Assembly: GCA_024654625.1 (NCBI GenBank)
Contig: JANLHB010000016.1
Coordinates: 64,137 to 128,136, forward strand
DNA length: 64,000 nucleotides
Direction of reading: 5' to 3'
DNA from: Patescibacteria group bacterium
GTDB taxonomy: Bacteria; Patescibacteriota; Minisyncoccia; GCA-002772825
Below the pieces are notes generated by a model. The model saw nothing but the letters and a program-made list of their open reading frames with translations, made no database searches and was not told where the DNA came from. The translations under genes and the position numbers were made by a program. Below are positions 56,051 to 64,000 of this stretch, one piece after another; the first letter of the stretch is position 1; each line of letters starts with the position of its first letter.

Positions 56051-57981
56051 AAAAATACTACGAGGAATACGATGACGCGAAAAAACACTTCTTGTATTAC
56101 TACAAGCCCGAATTTGATCGCGCCTACAAGCAATTTGCCCAGTACACCGGCGACAGAGCCAAAGAGCTTGAACGGACAACCGAGGGAGATGTTTGGCAAT
56201 CGAACGCCTACTGGGGCCAAGTATTCGCCTACATCAAAATCTTCCTGCAAAAGACCATCGGCATGGCTCCCGATTTCAAGCTCGAGGGCAAAAACTCCGA
56301 ACCCTTAAAACAAGTCATTGACTGGTTGTGGGAGGTCGGCATGTCAGATGACTTGATCGACCACTTCCTGCAGACATTTATCTGCGGCACGAGCTTAGGC
56401 AAAGACATTTTGAAAAAAGAGGTGAGAAAAAGACGCAAAAAAGAAGTCGTCATGATCGAAGAGGAACCGCCGACGGGGCTCTTTGGAGAAATGGTCGGCA
56501 AGCTCAAATCTTTCTACAAAAAACTCACCACGAAATCCGAGGTTGCCAGCATCACTTTCCGTCCCGATTTTGAACCAGTGGATATGTATAATTGCTATCC
56601 GCATCCGAGGATGAAGAAGCTCTCGGACAAACTTCCACTTTTTCAACGCTATGTGCTGACGCTCGATGAAATGAAAGAGCAATATCCAAATGTTCCAAAA
56701 ACTTTTTGGAATCAATTCAGTGACAAATCCGGCAATGTGGTTTTGCAGGGCGGAGACATTACCGACTACGCATGGGTGAGAAAAGAAGTGCTGACCGAAG
56801 CGCGGCAAAACATTAGAGACACTAAAGCGTCAACTCCGTTCGGAGGCGGCGACACCGGCATACCGTCCGATCAGCCGCAGATGAAAGAAAAGCTATTCGA
56901 GGTGGTTGAGCGATGGGTTGACGACCACTTGGTCGTGTTTCTGCCAATGTCAGGGGTGCCAAAAGAGATCAAGGACATCGACAATCCCTATGACCATAAC
57001 GAAAAACCATACAAGAGAATCGTCTTCTTCCCGAGGCCGTTCCAGTTTTACGGATTTGGCATTGTGAAGCTCGTGGAAAAACTTCAGGACTTACTGAACT
57101 CGGTCGTAAACCAGCGCGTGGATTCGGTCACTTTGAAAATGCACAGCATGATAGCCGCCGCGCCAGTGTCCCTAACAGGACGCAGAAAAGGCATAAATAT
57201 CCGGCCACTCGGTATTTTATGGACAAACGATCCGAACTCCATACGAGAGCTGAAATTTGGAGATGTGAATCCGTCCGCCTATCTTGAGCCAGACAAGATC
57301 AAGGAGATGATGCGGGTGATTATCGGCATAGATGACTACTCGACGCTCAAAGGAACTGACCGCAAAGAAACCGCCACCGTCGCATCGTTCATGCGCGAAG
57401 CAACTCTTGAAGGAGTGAAGCTATTTCTCATCATGATGCGAAATGCCTACACCGGCCACTTTGACCATTGGATTTCGATGATTAAGCAGTTCTGGACTAG
57501 GCGAAGCGTTGTGCCGAAAAAAGCCCTTGCCATTATCGATGACTTTGCCGACACGGACTTCACTCCGCTCGAGGAGAGCTGGATCGGAGAGAACGGAGAG
57601 CATCTGCTTTTCAATGATGAATACGAACTCTCCATCGAGGCCTCGTCTACGCTTGCCACTTCAACCGAACTCAAAAAAGCGAAGGATTTGGAACTTTGGG
57701 AATTAGTCAAAGATGCCGGCGACATGATTGACGAGGAGTCCGGCCAAATTTACAGCATCAAGAAATTCAAGATTTTAATGAAAGTCATTGATGACTACGG
57801 CTGGGAAGCGGAAAACTATGTCGTGCCAAGACAGATTCCGCAAGAGGTCGTTGATAACCAAGCAATACCGCCCGCGGCTCCGCCCGCAGGGTCACCGCCG
57901 GCAGAGGTCCCGGCGCCCCGAGCCCCGTCCTTAGCTGGACGGCGAGCAGGAGGAGAATTGGCGGCGGCATTAAGACAATAA
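56029..57981 (+). CDS. Portal protein (P22-like)
   Basis: 650 aa, downstream of terL; PY.....F.P.PFQFYGFG.......LQD.LN...NQR.D; ETAT; Pro-rich tail. Confidence 0.85.
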   Translation: MASIDQLKKYYEEYDDAKKHFLYYYKPEFDRAYKQFAQYTGDRAKELERTTEGDVWQSNAYWGQVFAYIKIFLQKTIGMAPDFKLEGKNSEPLKQVIDWLWEVGMSDDLIDHFLQTFICGTSLGKDILKKEVRKRRKKEVVMIEEEPPTGLFGEMVGKLKSFYKKLTTKSEVASITFRPDFEPVDMYNCYPHPRMKKLSDKLPLFQRYVLTLDEMKEQYPNVPKTFWNQFSDKSGNVVLQGGDITDYAWVRKEVLTEARQNIRDTKASTPFGGGDTGIPSDQPQMKEKLFEVVERWVDDHLVVFLPMSGVPKEIKDIDNPYDHNEKPYKRIVFFPRPFQFYGFGIVKLVEKLQDLLNSVVNQRVDSVTLKMHSMIAAAPVSLTGRRKGINIRPLGILWTNDPNSIRELKFGDVNPSAYLEPDKIKEMMRVIIGIDDYSTLKGTDRKETATVASFMREATLEGVKLFLIMMRNAYTGHFDHWISMIKQFWTRRSVVPKKALAIIDDFADTDFTPLEESWIGENGEHLLFNDEYELSIEASSTLATSTELKKAKDLELWELVKDAGDMIDEESGQIYSIKKFKILMKVIDDYGWEAENYVVPRQIPQEVVDNQAIPPAAPPAGSPPAEVPAPRAPSLAGRRAGGELAAALRQ

Positions 57982-57985
57982 ATTT

Positions 57986-58342
57986 ATGGCTCACACTGAC
58001 GAATTAAAAAAAGTAAAAGGAACGAAAATGCCGGCGGTTGAAAAACCGTCCGAGCCGAAGCGCGAATTGCCTCGCGTGACTTTTACCGCCGATGATGTTC
58101 CAGAAATCAAGGATTGGAAAATTGGTGGCAAATATTATCTCGAACTTGAAGTTGAGCAGGTTGCGGCGGAAAAAGACCGCTACGGATACGAGGGCGAAAA
58201 AGAAAGGCCGCTCACTGCGACATTTAAGGTAATGGCGGTGAAAGCTCTGAACCACGAGTCCAAAAAAGAAAACTCCGATGGTGAGAAGAAGAAAAAAGAG
58301 ATCGAGTTCGGCAATTACAAAAATCCGAATCGCATTGGCTAA
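57986..58342 (+). CDS. Phage hypothetical protein
   Basis: 118-aa ORF in the head module. Confidence 0.65.
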   Translation: MAHTDELKKVKGTKMPAVEKPSEPKRELPRVTFTADDVPEIKDWKIGGKYYLELEVEQVAAEKDRYGYEGEKERPLTATFKVMAVKALNHESKKENSDGEKKKKEIEFGNYKNPNRIG

Positions 58343-58346
58343 ATCT

Positions 58347-58601
58347 ATGAACGAACACAATTACACACTCAATAAAGAAAGCGAGCAGGATTTGGTGAAT
58401 CTGTATGAGACGAAATATTTTCGCGCCTTGCAGGCATTGGTGGACGAGGAATTGGACGGCACTAAAACCTGCATGCTCAATAAGAATTTGAGCGCGGACG
58501 ATTTGCGATTTTATCAAGGCCGCGCCGAGGGACTAGCGGTCGTTCTTATAAGAATCAAGGCCTTATACGAAGAGGCAATGAGAGAACCTAAAAATCAATA
58601 A
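58347..58601 (+). CDS. Phage head-module small protein
   Basis: DDLRFYQGRAEGL pattern typical of small genes after the portal. Confidence 0.6.
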   Translation: MNEHNYTLNKESEQDLVNLYETKYFRALQALVDEELDGTKTCMLNKNLSADDLRFYQGRAEGLAVVLIRIKALYEEAMREPKNQ

Positions 58602-58602
58602 T

Positions 58603-58764
58603 ATGCCATACGGACTTCCCAAAAAATTGAATACTTCCGCCAACGATGCCAAGGTCGAGCGTTGCGTTGAGGAGAATATGGCGAAAGGAATGGAAAAAGA
58701 ACTCGCCATCCGTATTTGCAAAGCATCAATCATGGGCACAACTAAAAGGTCGAAGAAAAAATAG
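58603..58764 (+). CDS. 53-aa phage protein (RCV...A..IC motif); absent from the ORF track
   Basis: MPYGLPKKLNTSANDAKVERCVEENMAKGMEKELAIRICKASIMGTTKRSKKK. Confidence 0.6.
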   Translation: MPYGLPKKLNTSANDAKVERCVEENMAKGMEKELAIRICKASIMGTTKRSKKK

Positions 58765-58894
58765 GTTTTCCGCGAGAGGTTCAACTCGGCGCTTTATGAG
58801 AATCGAGTTGAGCCTCTTAGCGAGGTTCTGCGGACGCCTCCCTTCTGAGGTCAAAAGGAAGGAAGAAGCAATCCGTGTAAATTAATCAAATCCT

Positions 58895-59794
58895 ATGACG
58901 AAAGAAACCAAAGCGGACGCCATCCCGAAAGACGACAAAGAAACCTTTGACGATCTTGTCGGGAAGGACCAATCCGCAAAAGAATCTTCGGACACTCCCA
59001 AAGAGGGAGAACAATCCGATAAAAAACCAGACGCCGCGGGTGAAAAACCCGAGGAGAAATCTGGCGAAACTCCCGGCGAAGAGGGAGAAAGTCCTGAAGG
59101 CGAAACGCCCAAAAAAGGCGGGGAACCCGAAGGCGAAAAACTCTTCTGGGACAAGTTTAAGAGTGAGTCCGACGCCAAGAAATCTTATGGCGAAGCCCAG
59201 GGAAAAATTATCGAGCAGGGCAAGGAGTTGAACGAACTCAAAACCCACGCCAAAGAAAATGAAGATTTTCTGGCGACGCTCGATAAAGCTCTGCTCAAAA
59301 ATCCCGAACTTGCCGAACAGCTGAAGTCGGTCATTGCCGGCGAAGCCAAAGGCGAGGAAGAGGACGAAGAGCCAGAAGAGGGCGCTCAAGATAAGGATCT
59401 CGACGCGAAAATCGAGCGAAAGCTCGAGGAGCGTGAGAACCGGGTCAAAATCAAGCGCGAGCGGGACGCATGGATCGAAAAGCATCCAGAATTTAAAAAG
59501 CCCGAAATCGGACATAAGGTTCTGGACTTGCTTGAAGAAGAGGGTTTGCCTTTCACCGCTAAAACTTTGGATATCGCATACAACTATGTGACCAAAGAAA
59601 GCCAAGTGAAAAAGGCAAAGGATGAGACAGCCAAAGAAACCGCGAAGCGCGAAGAGGCGGCCGCTCTCGAGCGAGAAGAGGCGTCAGCCGTTGGCGGCGG
59701 ATCACCGCAAGCCAAAGGCAAAGTCCCCCAAGATGCGAATCCATTCGATGATCTTGTGGGTGATTCAGTAAATCCAAACATAGTGCGGACATAA
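58895..59794 (+). CDS. Capsid scaffolding protein (putative)
   Basis: Acidic, low-complexity and coiled-coil; directly upstream of the capsid gene. Confidence 0.75.
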   Translation: MTKETKADAIPKDDKETFDDLVGKDQSAKESSDTPKEGEQSDKKPDAAGEKPEEKSGETPGEEGESPEGETPKKGGEPEGEKLFWDKFKSESDAKKSYGEAQGKIIEQGKELNELKTHAKENEDFLATLDKALLKNPELAEQLKSVIAGEAKGEEEDEEPEEGAQDKDLDAKIERKLEERENRVKIKRERDAWIEKHPEFKKPEIGHKVLDLLEEEGLPFTAKTLDIAYNYVTKESQVKKAKDETAKETAKREEAAALEREEASAVGGGSPQAKGKVPQDANPFDDLVGDSVNPNIVRT

Positions 59795-59849
59795 CTCGGC
59801 GGAGATTGAGGTCTTCTTACCGGGAGAATCCGCAAACAGCTAAACGCAT

Positions 59850-61070
59850 ATGGCAGAACCAACACACATACAGGGAACGAGAGACACTCTCATTATTGAG
59901 CAATCTCGGCGCATCCCCGATGTAGATGACAGAATCTACATTCTTGAACCGAACGAATCTCCATTGACCGCTTTTCTTACGCAAGTGGGAAAGATCGGCG
60001 ACGGAGGCGGGAAGTTCAGAGGAACCGCGCTTCAAAAGAGAGGCATTCATAATCCAGAGTTTACCGAATACGAAGATCAGTACTCCGGCGTCTGGGCGCA
60101 GATTAACAACGCCGCCGGCTATACTTCCGGCGCCACCGCTCTTGTTGTTGATAATCCGGGAGCCGCAATCTTCACCAAGTACGACCTCGTGAAAGTAGTC
60201 CGAACGGGCGAAATCATGCGAGTCACTTCGGTGAACTACTCCACGAACACCTTGACGGTAACTCGTGGGGCGGGCGCGACTGCGGCCGCGGCAATTCTCG
60301 ACAACGATTGGCTTCTCGTTATCGGTCCGGCGTTCGAAGAAGGTTCGAAGTCCGGCGATTCCAACACGACTAAGCTCGTGAAGGTCACGAACTATACCCA
60401 AATCTTCAAAACGAAATTTGGCGTGACTCTTACCGCCGACGCTTCGAAACTCTATCCGGCCGAAGTCGCCAAAGACCTTAAGTACTTGAGAGCCAAATAC
60501 GGAATTGAGCACGCCAAGAAAATTGAGCGGGCTTACTGGTTTGGCGAGAAGAAAGAGGTTGTCGGTCCAGACAACAAGCCGCTTCGCTTGACCGGCGGAA
60601 TCTTGGAAGCGATCAACTCCGCGGGCAATGTCCAGGACGAAGCGTCCTCGGGCTTGACCGAATCGGAGTTCCGAAACTTCCTGCGCGATTACGCCTTCAA
60701 GTTCGGCTCGTCCGAGAAGTACTTCTTCTGCGGCAACATTGTTCTGGGTTATTTGGAGAGTTTCTCTGCGAATAACTTGAGGACAGTTCCCGGCGAGAAA
60801 ACCTACGGCGTGGAAGTGCGCAAGTGGATCTCCTCGTTCGGCGCGTTGAATATCGTTCGGCATCCAATGTTTGATAATCAGTACTCCGGCATGGGCGTGG
60901 TGCTTGACCTCGGAACGGTTAAGCATTGCCCGCTTGCCAACCGCGACACGGCATTGGAAACGAGCATTCAGGAAAACGACGCTGACGAGCAGGTGGATCA
61001 GTACAAATCCGAAGTCGGTCTTCAGAGAACGAACTTCGAGAAAAACGCGCTTCTCAAAGGAGTCGTCTAA
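59850..61070 (+). CDS. Major capsid protein (DUF5309/SU10-like)
   Basis: LEPNESPLT; NYTQIF; EH.K.IE.A..FG; TGG; S.FG.LNIVRH. Confidence 0.88.
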   Translation: MAEPTHIQGTRDTLIIEQSRRIPDVDDRIYILEPNESPLTAFLTQVGKIGDGGGKFRGTALQKRGIHNPEFTEYEDQYSGVWAQINNAAGYTSGATALVVDNPGAAIFTKYDLVKVVRTGEIMRVTSVNYSTNTLTVTRGAGATAAAAILDNDWLLVIGPAFEEGSKSGDSNTTKLVKVTNYTQIFKTKFGVTLTADASKLYPAEVAKDLKYLRAKYGIEHAKKIERAYWFGEKKEVVGPDNKPLRLTGGILEAINSAGNVQDEASSGLTESEFRNFLRDYAFKFGSSEKYFFCGNIVLGYLESFSANNLRTVPGEKTYGVEVRKWISSFGALNIVRHPMFDNQYSGMGVVLDLGTVKHCPLANRDTALETSIQENDADEQVDQYKSEVGLQRTNFEKNALLKGVV

Positions 61071-61210
61071 ACGGAAGCGTGATCCCGGCTTTCTTACTCA
61101 ACGGGATATCAGGCGTTGCCCTGACCATCTGATGCTGATTTGTTTCGGCGTCAGTGGTTAGGGTGACGCGTTGAGAGGTCGCAACGAACGATCACTTAAA
61201 AGTCAAAGCC

Positions 61211-61627
61211 ATGCCAACACCGAAATACAGCGAAAAAGAGCTTTTGAATCTCATCCTTGATGAGGTCAATCAAGCGATTAAACAGCGGAGAGTAAATCCG
61301 ATTCTTACTTCGGAATTGCTCGCATCGGGCGCGCGGACAGTGTCGGGCGAAGGATCTTCCATTGATCTCGGAAATACCAGAGAACTTATTGTGACTCTGG
61401 ATGTATCCGCGGCCAGCGGAACATCGCCGACGCTCGATGTAAAACTTCAGCATTCTCCCGACGGATCAATGTGGTCTGACTTGGGCACCGCGTTTGCCCA
61501 AAAAACAGGCGTAAGTCGAGAGGTCAAGGTGTTCACCCAATATCACCGCTATGTGAAAGCGGTTTACACCATCGCGGGCACATCGCCGAGCTTTACCTTT
61601 TCGGTCGAGGCGACGGCGAAAGAATAA
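61211..61627 (+). CDS. Virion-associated protein (decoration-like)
   Basis: LDVSAASGTSPTLDVKLQHSPDG..W.D; directly after the capsid gene. Confidence 0.55.
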   Translation: MPTPKYSEKELLNLILDEVNQAIKQRRVNPILTSELLASGARTVSGEGSSIDLGNTRELIVTLDVSAASGTSPTLDVKLQHSPDGSMWSDLGTAFAQKTGVSREVKVFTQYHRYVKAVYTIAGTSPSFTFSVEATAKE

Positions 61628-61646
61628 ATTAACCACAAAAATTCCC

Positions 61647-62009
61647 ATGACATTATTTAATTCACGCATCAAAACTTTGCGAATCGTCTTGACGCCATCG
61701 CGGCCGATTTACGAGCAGGGCGTCCGGCTCGGCGATACGCAGGGAAAGTATGTCCAATTTGAGAACGGGCGTTTTCAAACGGACGACAATGAAACTATCG
61801 AGAAATTGCAAAAACTCCCCAACTTCGGAGTTGATTTCTGGAAAGTTTCCGATGAGCCGGCAAAGCCGCAAGAACCGCAGGCAAACCAAGAAAGCGATCT
61901 TGGATCGCTGACTAAGCAGGAGCTTATCGAGCTTGCGAAGTCAAAAAACATAGAGGTCGATGAAGGCCTAACCAAGGTAGAAATTATCGCGCGTCTCAAG
62001 ACGCAATAA
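61647..62009 (+). CDS. Phage protein with C-terminal HeH/Rho-N-like domain
   Basis: LTKQELIELAKSKNI.....TK.EII. Confidence 0.6.
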   Translation: MTLFNSRIKTLRIVLTPSRPIYEQGVRLGDTQGKYVQFENGRFQTDDNETIEKLQKLPNFGVDFWKVSDEPAKPQEPQANQESDLGSLTKQELIELAKSKNIEVDEGLTKVEIIARLKTQ

Positions 62010-62014
62010 ATCCT

Positions 62015-62284
62015 ATGGATTACAAAATCGTAAAAATCGAAAAAACAAACGACGGCATTGAAGTAGAGGTGCAGTTCCTCGAGGACGAGGAAGTCGTTGA
62101 TTCCAGAAAATACCTCTACAACGCATCGCTCGAGCAGGATGAGTTGGAATCAGCAGTGAGAAAAGACGCGGAAGGAGTAATCGCCGATTATGAACTCCGC
62201 GCTGAAAATGCAGAAAGAGATCGGCGAGAAAAAGAGGTCGACACGAAAGTCGAGGGATTAAAAGAATCCTTTGACTTGGAATAG
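62015..62284 (+). CDS. Acidic phage hypothetical protein
   Basis: 89-aa ORF. Confidence 0.6.
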   Translation: MDYKIVKIEKTNDGIEVEVQFLEDEEVVDSRKYLYNASLEQDELESAVRKDAEGVIADYELRAENAERDRREKEVDTKVEGLKESFDLE

Positions 62285-62313
62285 AGGTCAAATAAATTAA
62301 TTAAATCAATACC

Positions 62314-62886
62314 ATGACTAATCTTGAAAAAAAGGGAACATTCCGTCTCAAACAGAATATTGAATATGTTCTGCGGGACAAAAACGGCAAAGTAAAACAG
62401 CTTTGGAACGAGAACGCGCTTGCCCGATTCTTCAGAGAAGAACTCGGCATCAGTTTGCCTCGCATCCCGTTGCTCTTCGGTTTCTGGGGCCTGACTCTTA
62501 ACATTCACAACCTCGTTGTGAATGCAGGCATGGCCGGCGTTGCTTCCCGAATCAACGGAGCTGGCGGCGAAGCGGCATTCACCTTCATTGCTATCGGCAC
62601 TGGAGTTGTTGCACCGGCGGCTGGCGATACCACGCTTGGCACAGAAATCACCACCGGCGGCGGCGCTCGAGCGGCGGCAACTGCATCCCGAGTCACGACA
62701 GATGTGACGAACGATACGGCCCAGCTCGTGCTGACATTCAACTTCACCGCTTCTTTTGCGGTGACCGAATCCGGCGCGCTCAACGCGGCCGCGGCAGGCG
62801 TCCTGCTTGCTCGCCAGACCTTCAGCGCGATCAATGTCGCCAACGGCGACAGCTTGCAGGTCACTTGGAAGTTCGATGTCGATTAA
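62314..62886 (+). CDS. Virion structural (tail/fibre-base-like) protein
   Basis: NLVVN.G; IAIGTG......DTTLGTE; TESG.LNA...G.LLAR..F..INV..GDSLQVTW. Confidence 0.7.
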   Translation: MTNLEKKGTFRLKQNIEYVLRDKNGKVKQLWNENALARFFREELGISLPRIPLLFGFWGLTLNIHNLVVNAGMAGVASRINGAGGEAAFTFIAIGTGVVAPAAGDTTLGTEITTGGGARAAATASRVTTDVTNDTAQLVLTFNFTASFAVTESGALNAAAAGVLLARQTFSAINVANGDSLQVTWKFDVD

Positions 62887-62975
62887 TAGTGAAGTTTGAG
62901 GTCAACTTCAGAAATCAAAGCCCGATGAAAAAGTTTGAAAATTGGGCTTTCTCATCGTTGGTTTATTGTCCCTGA

Positions 62976-63362
62976 ATGCCGATAAAAGCGTTCAAAATTT
63001 GGTATAGCGACAAAACCTTTGATTCCGCGCAAGCAACGGCAAAGGATATTTTTGGCGCGTGGAAAGAAGCCCCAGACCAGGATATCCAAGTGGTCGTATT
63101 TTACTTTGACGAAAACGACGGACTGGGGCGTCCCGCAAGAAGATATATGCGCGGTCAGGATTTTTACGCAATGGATGGCGAGGAGAATCTTTCTGAGAGT
63201 TTTGACGATATTACGAAAATTAAGGGCGAAGTGAAATATGGGAAGTACACCACTGATGAAAACATTTCCAAAATTGAAGTTGAGTCTCTCGGCGATTATG
63301 GCGAGGGTTGGCTGTGGTCGAAGCCAGTGACACACATTCAAGGCATAAAAACCGACATTTGA
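62976..63362 (+). CDS. Phage hypothetical protein
   Basis: 128-aa ORF. Confidence 0.6.
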   Translation: MPIKAFKIWYSDKTFDSAQATAKDIFGAWKEAPDQDIQVVVFYFDENDGLGRPARRYMRGQDFYAMDGEENLSESFDDITKIKGEVKYGKYTTDENISKIEVESLGDYGEGWLWSKPVTHIQGIKTDI

Positions 63363-63363
63363 T

Positions 63364-64000
63364 ATGGCTACTTACATACTAAAAGCAAAAACTTCGGACT
63401 TGTCTGGCGGCGCTGATTTCAACCGAGAGATTTCTGCCGATGCTGAAACAGCAGGTTCGATTACCGTAACAGTTGCTAACGGCGCAACTGAAACGAGCTA
63501 CGGATTTACCAAGCCATATAAACCCAATAACGCTGACTGGGAAACCGCTACACTTGTTGCCGAGGTTCGCGTAACGACTGCAAACGCCAATATGTTTGTG
63601 AAAGCCAGCGCCTCGCGTCTTAATAGTGCTGGTGCAGTTCAAGAAACTTCGGGAGAAAGCGCCGAGGTGCAATTAGACCTTGTCGGCACATATGGATTGA
63701 CAATTCCAAGCATGAATTGGACGGCTGGCAATTGTACCGACCGCCTCCGCATCAATTATATTTTTAGAAGCGCCAATGCTCACGGAGGCGCAATTAATGT
63801 TGTGATTGAAACTGGCACAATCCAAGCTGAAGTCACAACTTCTATCACCGAGAACGCAGGAACTTGCCGAGCTACCTTCGTCAAGAATCTTCGTCAATAC
63901 AAGCCCGACCACAAAACCATTATCGCCGAGGGCGGCAGTACGGGCGGCGATGGCGTTTCAAATAATATTTATCTCGATTCGCTCATTGCTTCGCGCGACA
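63364..64000 (+). CDS. Beta-rich virion/tail protein, truncated by the window end
   Basis: MATYILKAKTSDLSGGADFN... open to the end; T/A/G/S-rich. Confidence 0.6.
   Translation, partial: MATYILKAKTSDLSGGADFNREISADAETAGSITVTVANGATETSYGFTKPYKPNNADWETATLVAEVRVTTANANMFVKASASRLNSAGAVQETSGESAEVQLDLVGTYGLTIPSMNWTAGNCTDRLRINYIFRSANAHGGAINVVIETGTIQAEVTTSITENAGTCRATFVKNLRQYKPDHKTIIAEGGSTGGDGVSNNIYLDSLIASRD

Larger units (their letters stand above)
44111..64000 (+). mobile_element. Prophage (left part; continues beyond the window)
   Basis: Abrupt shift to GC/CpG-richer, A-rich sequence; colinear recombination, replication, terminase, portal, scaffold, capsid and virion genes. Confidence 0.93.

Noticed and set aside
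59817-60926. 369-aa minus-strand ORF (also 58886-59605 and other antisense ORFs in the prophage)
   Set aside because: Shadow frames of capsid and scaffold caused by codon bias; no recognisable motifs.
1-64000. Alternative genetic code, tRNA/rRNA genes, diversity-generating retroelement, inteins
   Set aside because: TGA and TAG behave as stops with ATGA-type overlaps and full-length genes; no cloverleaf, reverse transcriptase, TR/VR pair or intein motif recognised by eye.

Overview
Two compartments. (1) 1-44018 is AT-rich bacterial chromosome. It is probably Patescibacteria/Parcubacteria-like, an inference from gene content, mostly Shine-Dalgarno-less starts and the SecA form; genetic code 11. 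It carries a ~40 kb surface-glycan cluster: nine GT-C-like multi-TM proteins (four are close paralogs), GT2/GT4/GT9 enzymes, a Wzx flippase, two CE4 deacetylases, four class I methyltransferases, four radical SAM enzymes, a ferredoxin, a Trm112-like protein, an O-antigen ligase/OTase-TPR protein and an epimerase. murB, a 31-aa histone-H1-like peptide and secA follow. (2) From ~44100 to the window end is the left part of a more GC-rich prophage, all on the + strand. It has early genes, a recombination module, an initiator with iterons plus DnaC-like loader, KhpA, ParB-like, TerS/TerL, resolvase, a Com-like Zn ribbon, a DNA adenine methyltransferase, portal, scaffold, capsid and virion genes. 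No integrase is in view. The most notable unexplained signals are at the RNA level: an AGGTCG element about 27-37 nt upstream of many SD-less start codons, two repeated structured RNA motifs with compensatory stems in the phage early region, and a Com/mom-like structured leader before the methyltransferase. Also notable are a duplicated secA 3' end as candidate att, a small terminated RNA complementary to the murB leader, and a GT9 + 3 radical SAM island whose genes each have their own promoter and terminator. All family calls come from reading motifs by eye, not from database searches.
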